A DNA stretch of 64,000 nucleotides from NCBI GenBank assembly GCA_038214715.1, contig JBBQRP010000003.1, positions 6,209-70,208 on the forward strand, given 5' to 3'. This stretch comes from Thermoanaerobaculia bacterium (lineage in GTDB: Bacteria > Acidobacteriota > Thermoanaerobaculia > UBA5066). The notes under the pieces were generated by a model, which worked only from the letters and a program-made list of their open reading frames with translations, was not told the DNA's origin and did not search any database. The position numbers and the translations under genes are program-made. This document shows, one piece after another, positions 61,671-64,000 of this stretch; position 1 is the first letter of the stretch, and the number at the start of each line of letters is the position of its first letter.

Positions 61671-62626
61671 CGGGCCACCGACGCGCAGCGCGCGAGATCG
61701 GCCCCGGTCGCACCCCATTCGGCCGCTCTGCGGAACTCGCCGAGGAGGGTCGTGCCGAAGATGCCGGGATCGTCGGTGGACAGAGTGACGCGGACGTTCG
61801 CGCGAAGCATGCGGAGGAGCGGGTGTTCCGCGCCACGCTGGACCGCGCCCGTCGCGAAGTTCGAGGTCGGGCACACGTCGCAGACGACGCCGAGGCGCGC
61901 GAGCGTCCGGAGAAGAGCCGGATCCTCGGCGGCCCGGATTCCGTGGGCGATGCGCTCCGGCCGGAGGAAGCGGAGGACGTCCGCGACGGATTCGGGCCCC
62001 GCCCACTCTCCCGCGTGTGCGACGGGAAGGAGGCCGGCCCTTACGCCGCGCCGGTAGACGTCCCGGAAGTCGCGCGCGGAAAACGCCGTCTCGTCTCCGC
62101 CGAGGCCGAAGCCGACGACGCGCGGCCAGGGACGCGCGGCGTGGAGGCCGAGGACCCGCTCGGCGGAGGACGGTCCCCAGTGCCGTACGAAGTCGAGAAG
62201 AACGCCCACCCTCCCTCCGGTCCTCGACTCGTGAGAGAGGAACACGCGCTCCAGGGCCTCGCGCACGTCGAACCAGTCGAGGCCGATCTTCTCGATGACG
62301 GCCGGCGACACGTAGACCTCGGCCCAGCGCACGTTCTCCCGCGCGAGGCGAAGGACGAGGCCTCGGGCGAGAAGCGCGTAGTCGGCGGGGCTCCGGAGCT
62401 CGCGGCAGACGTCCCGATAGAAACCGAAGAACGTTTCGGCCGATCCGAGGAGAGCGCGGCGCGCGCGCACGGAAGCCAGATCGGGGAAGATGGGCTGGGG
62501 ACGGCGGCACGAGAGGCGGACGAGAGTCGCCGGCGGGAGGGATCCTTCGAGGTGCAGGTGGAGCTCGGATTTCGGCGCGGACGCGAAGCGATGAAGGAAG
62601 GCCTGGGCGTCTCGTCGCGGGGTCAC
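61631..62626 (-). CDS. add: Adenosine deaminase family protein
   Basis: SELHLHLEGS metal-binding signature, HAGE and STDDP motifs. GTG start at 62626 chosen by alignment to the ADA N-terminus. The track ORF extends 54 codons further upstream. Confidence 0.75.
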   Translation of the reverse strand: MTPRRDAQAFLHRFASAPKSELHLHLEGSLPPATLVRLSCRRPQPIFPDLASVRARRALLGSAETFFGFYRDVCRELRSPADYALLARGLVLRLARENVRWAEVYVSPAVIEKIGLDWFDVREALERVFLSHESRTGGRVGVLLDFVRHWGPSSAERVLGLHAARPWPRVVGFGLGGDETAFSARDFRDVYRRGVRAGLLPVAHAGEWAGPESVADVLRFLRPERIAHGIRAAEDPALLRTLARLGVVCDVCPTSNFATGAVQRGAEHPLLRMLRANVRVTLSTDDPGIFGTTLLGEFRRAAEWGATGADLARCASVARQAAARTRSYRAT

Positions 62627-63082
62627 GGAGGCGCATCGTACGAGAGGCCGTTCGAAACCGGGCCGGTTCCTCTCGGGACCCCGCCGCGCGAGAGGCTCTG
62701 GCTGCGCGTCGCCGCCTTCGGGCTGGACCTCGCCCTCGTGGCGGGGGTTCCCCTCCTTCTCGCGTCGGGGATCGTGGCCCTCGTCCACGCGCTCTCTCGT
62801 GCGCCGGCAGGTCTCGACGCGGGTTTCCGTGCCGCCCAGGCGGTCGCCGTGGTTCTCTTCCTCGCAAGGGACATGGATGGGGGCAGCCCGGGAAAGCGTC
62901 TTTTCGGACTGCGCGTGATCCGGAGCGGAGGCGGGAGAGCGGGATTCTCACAGTCGGTGATCCGGAATGTTCTCTGGCTCGTCCCCGGATGGAATCTCAT
63001 TGAGTGCGCGTCACTTATTAGTCGAAAAGACGGCCGGAGACCCGGCGACAGGCTCGCGGGAACGGCCCTCGTAGAGGCCTGA
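62591..63082 (+). CDS. RDD family membrane protein
   Basis: C-terminal 160 aa of track ORF 60041..63082. RLWLRVAAFGLDLAL TM segment. GKRLFGLRV and RRPGDRLAGTALV RDD motifs. ATG at 62591 would overlap the divergent add start by about 36 nt, so the start is uncertain. Confidence 0.45.
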   Translation: MKEGLGVSSRGHGGASYERPFETGPVPLGTPPRERLWLRVAAFGLDLALVAGVPLLLASGIVALVHALSRAPAGLDAGFRAAQAVAVVLFLARDMDGGSPGKRLFGLRVIRSGGGRAGFSQSVIRNVLWLVPGWNLIECASLISRKDGRRPGDRLAGTALVEA

Positions 63083-63134
63083 GGCGCGCGCGCCCGAAAC
63101 TTTCCCCGGTGGTTCGCCGTTCTCTTTATGCAGG

Positions 63135-64000
63135 GAGTCTGAAATGTTCGAGAGCCGTTCCGCGATTTCACAGGAAAACAACCGGCGCAAGGGCTCGACG
63201 CGCGTCGCCCGGGCTTCCCTTGCCGCCCTCGCCCTGGCACTTCTCGGCACCTCGGCGATCCGAGCCGACGACCCGACGCAGGAACGCTTCGAGAAAAAAT
63301 ACGACCTCGCGGGCATCCGGAAGGTCCGCGTTCAGAACGTGAACGGCGTCATCCAGATCGAATCCGGCGGGGATCAGCTCCAGGTCGTCGCCGTCAAGAA
63401 GGTAAAGTCCTCCTCGGACGCGAATCTCCTCAAGGAGACCGAAATCCGCGTCACGAAGAACGGGAGCACGATCGAAGTGGAGACGGTGCTGCCGAAGCGC
63501 GGACGGTTCTTCCAGTGGGCCTTCTTCGGCCGGAGCACGTCCGCGGACGTGGCGTACCAGATCACCCTGCCGCCGGGCGTCGCCCTCGAGGCCGAGACGG
63601 TCAATGGGCGCCTCTCGGCCGCGAACCGTTCCGGTGACCTCGTGCTCTCGACGGTCAACGGAGGAGTCCGCGTGGACGCGCAGAATGGGCCCCTGAAGGT
63701 GAACACGGTGAACGGCTCCGTCGAAGTGACCTTTGCCGGCCCGATGCGCCAGGCGAGCCTCGAAACCGTCAATGGGTCCGTCACGGTCTCGTGTGCGCGG
63801 GAGTCCTCCGTCCGCTGCACGCTCCAGACGACGAACGGCCGCATCCAGTCCCAGTTCCCGGAAGTCACGGTCGAGGGCAAGTGGGGTCCGAAAGAAGCCC
63901 GAGGCGCGATCAACGGCGGGCGGGAGAGCCTCGCGGTCGAGACCGTCAACGGCGACGTGAGGCTCTACGTGGCCGAAGCGGCCGTCGCGCCTGGCGTCCA
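63135..64000 (+). CDS. DUF4097-type (putative adhesin, repeated VNG beta-strand) secreted protein, 3'-truncated by the window end
   Basis: ATG is preceded by AGGGAG. Signal peptide ARASLAALALALLGTSAIRADD. Repeats TVNGRLS, TVNGGVRV, TVNGSVEV, TVNGSVTV, TTNGRIQ, TVNGDVRL. No stop before 64000. Absent from the ORF track. Confidence 0.6.

Noticed and set aside
60041-63082. 1013-aa plus-strand ORF, and the antisense 807-aa ORF 60528..62951
   Set aside because: Both are extremely Arg/Pro/Gly-rich low-complexity translations, typical of wrong-frame read-through in 70% GC DNA. They overlap well-supported bshA and adenosine deaminase genes. Only the last 160 codons, an RDD-family protein, look real.

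Overview
This is a 64-kb chromosomal window at about 70% GC from a Gram-negative (diderm) bacterium: it has lipoproteins with lipoboxes, OmpA/Omp85-type outer-membrane proteins and a c-type cytochrome. Most of it is core genome.

Recognised core gene blocks:
- The replication-origin neighbourhood is present: rpmH-rnpA-yidD-yidC-mnmE-mnmG-rsmG-parA-parB on the + strand and dnaA-dnaN-recF-gyrB-gyrA on the - strand. An AT-rich candidate oriC lies between dnaA and dnaN.
- A Bacillus-like dprA-topA ... trmFO-xerC-hslV-hslU cluster is present, followed by an Fn3 lipoprotein, dapF and an FAH-family gene.
- pdxR-pdxS-pdxT is followed by an arylamine-N-acetyltransferase / enoyl-CoA hydratase pair, and a short transaldolase gene is present.
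- A partial F1Fo ATP synthase operon encodes b', b, delta, alpha, gamma, beta and epsilon, with no a or c subunit genes; it ends in a clean intrinsic terminator.
- A four-gene, translationally coupled methyltransferase-bshC-bshB-bshA (bacillithiol) operon is present.

Less ordinary content:
- A 954-aa secreted protein fuses an HExxH metallopeptidase domain and a PD40 beta-propeller to a C-terminal Omp85-type beta-barrel. This is a possible type-Vd-like autotransporter with a protease passenger.
- A perfect 10-bp-stem hairpin and about 3.5 copies of a 41-bp tandem repeat sit immediately downstream, in front of an MBL-fold hydrolase resembling a class II cyclic-nucleotide phosphodiesterase.
- A bactofilin gene is translationally coupled to parB.
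- Several operons of secreted proteins or lipoproteins have unknown function, including one with an internally duplicated 428-aa protein.
- Two tandem paralogous SAM-methyltransferases sit upstream of a PhzF-family isomerase.
- A 3' remnant of a beta-lactamase-family gene lies next to topA.

No transposases, phage genes, CRISPR arrays, tRNA or rRNA genes were seen. Most of the long Arg-rich ORFs in the six-frame track are GC-driven frame artefacts. Start coordinates were refined by hand from the track and carry an uncertainty of roughly one codon.
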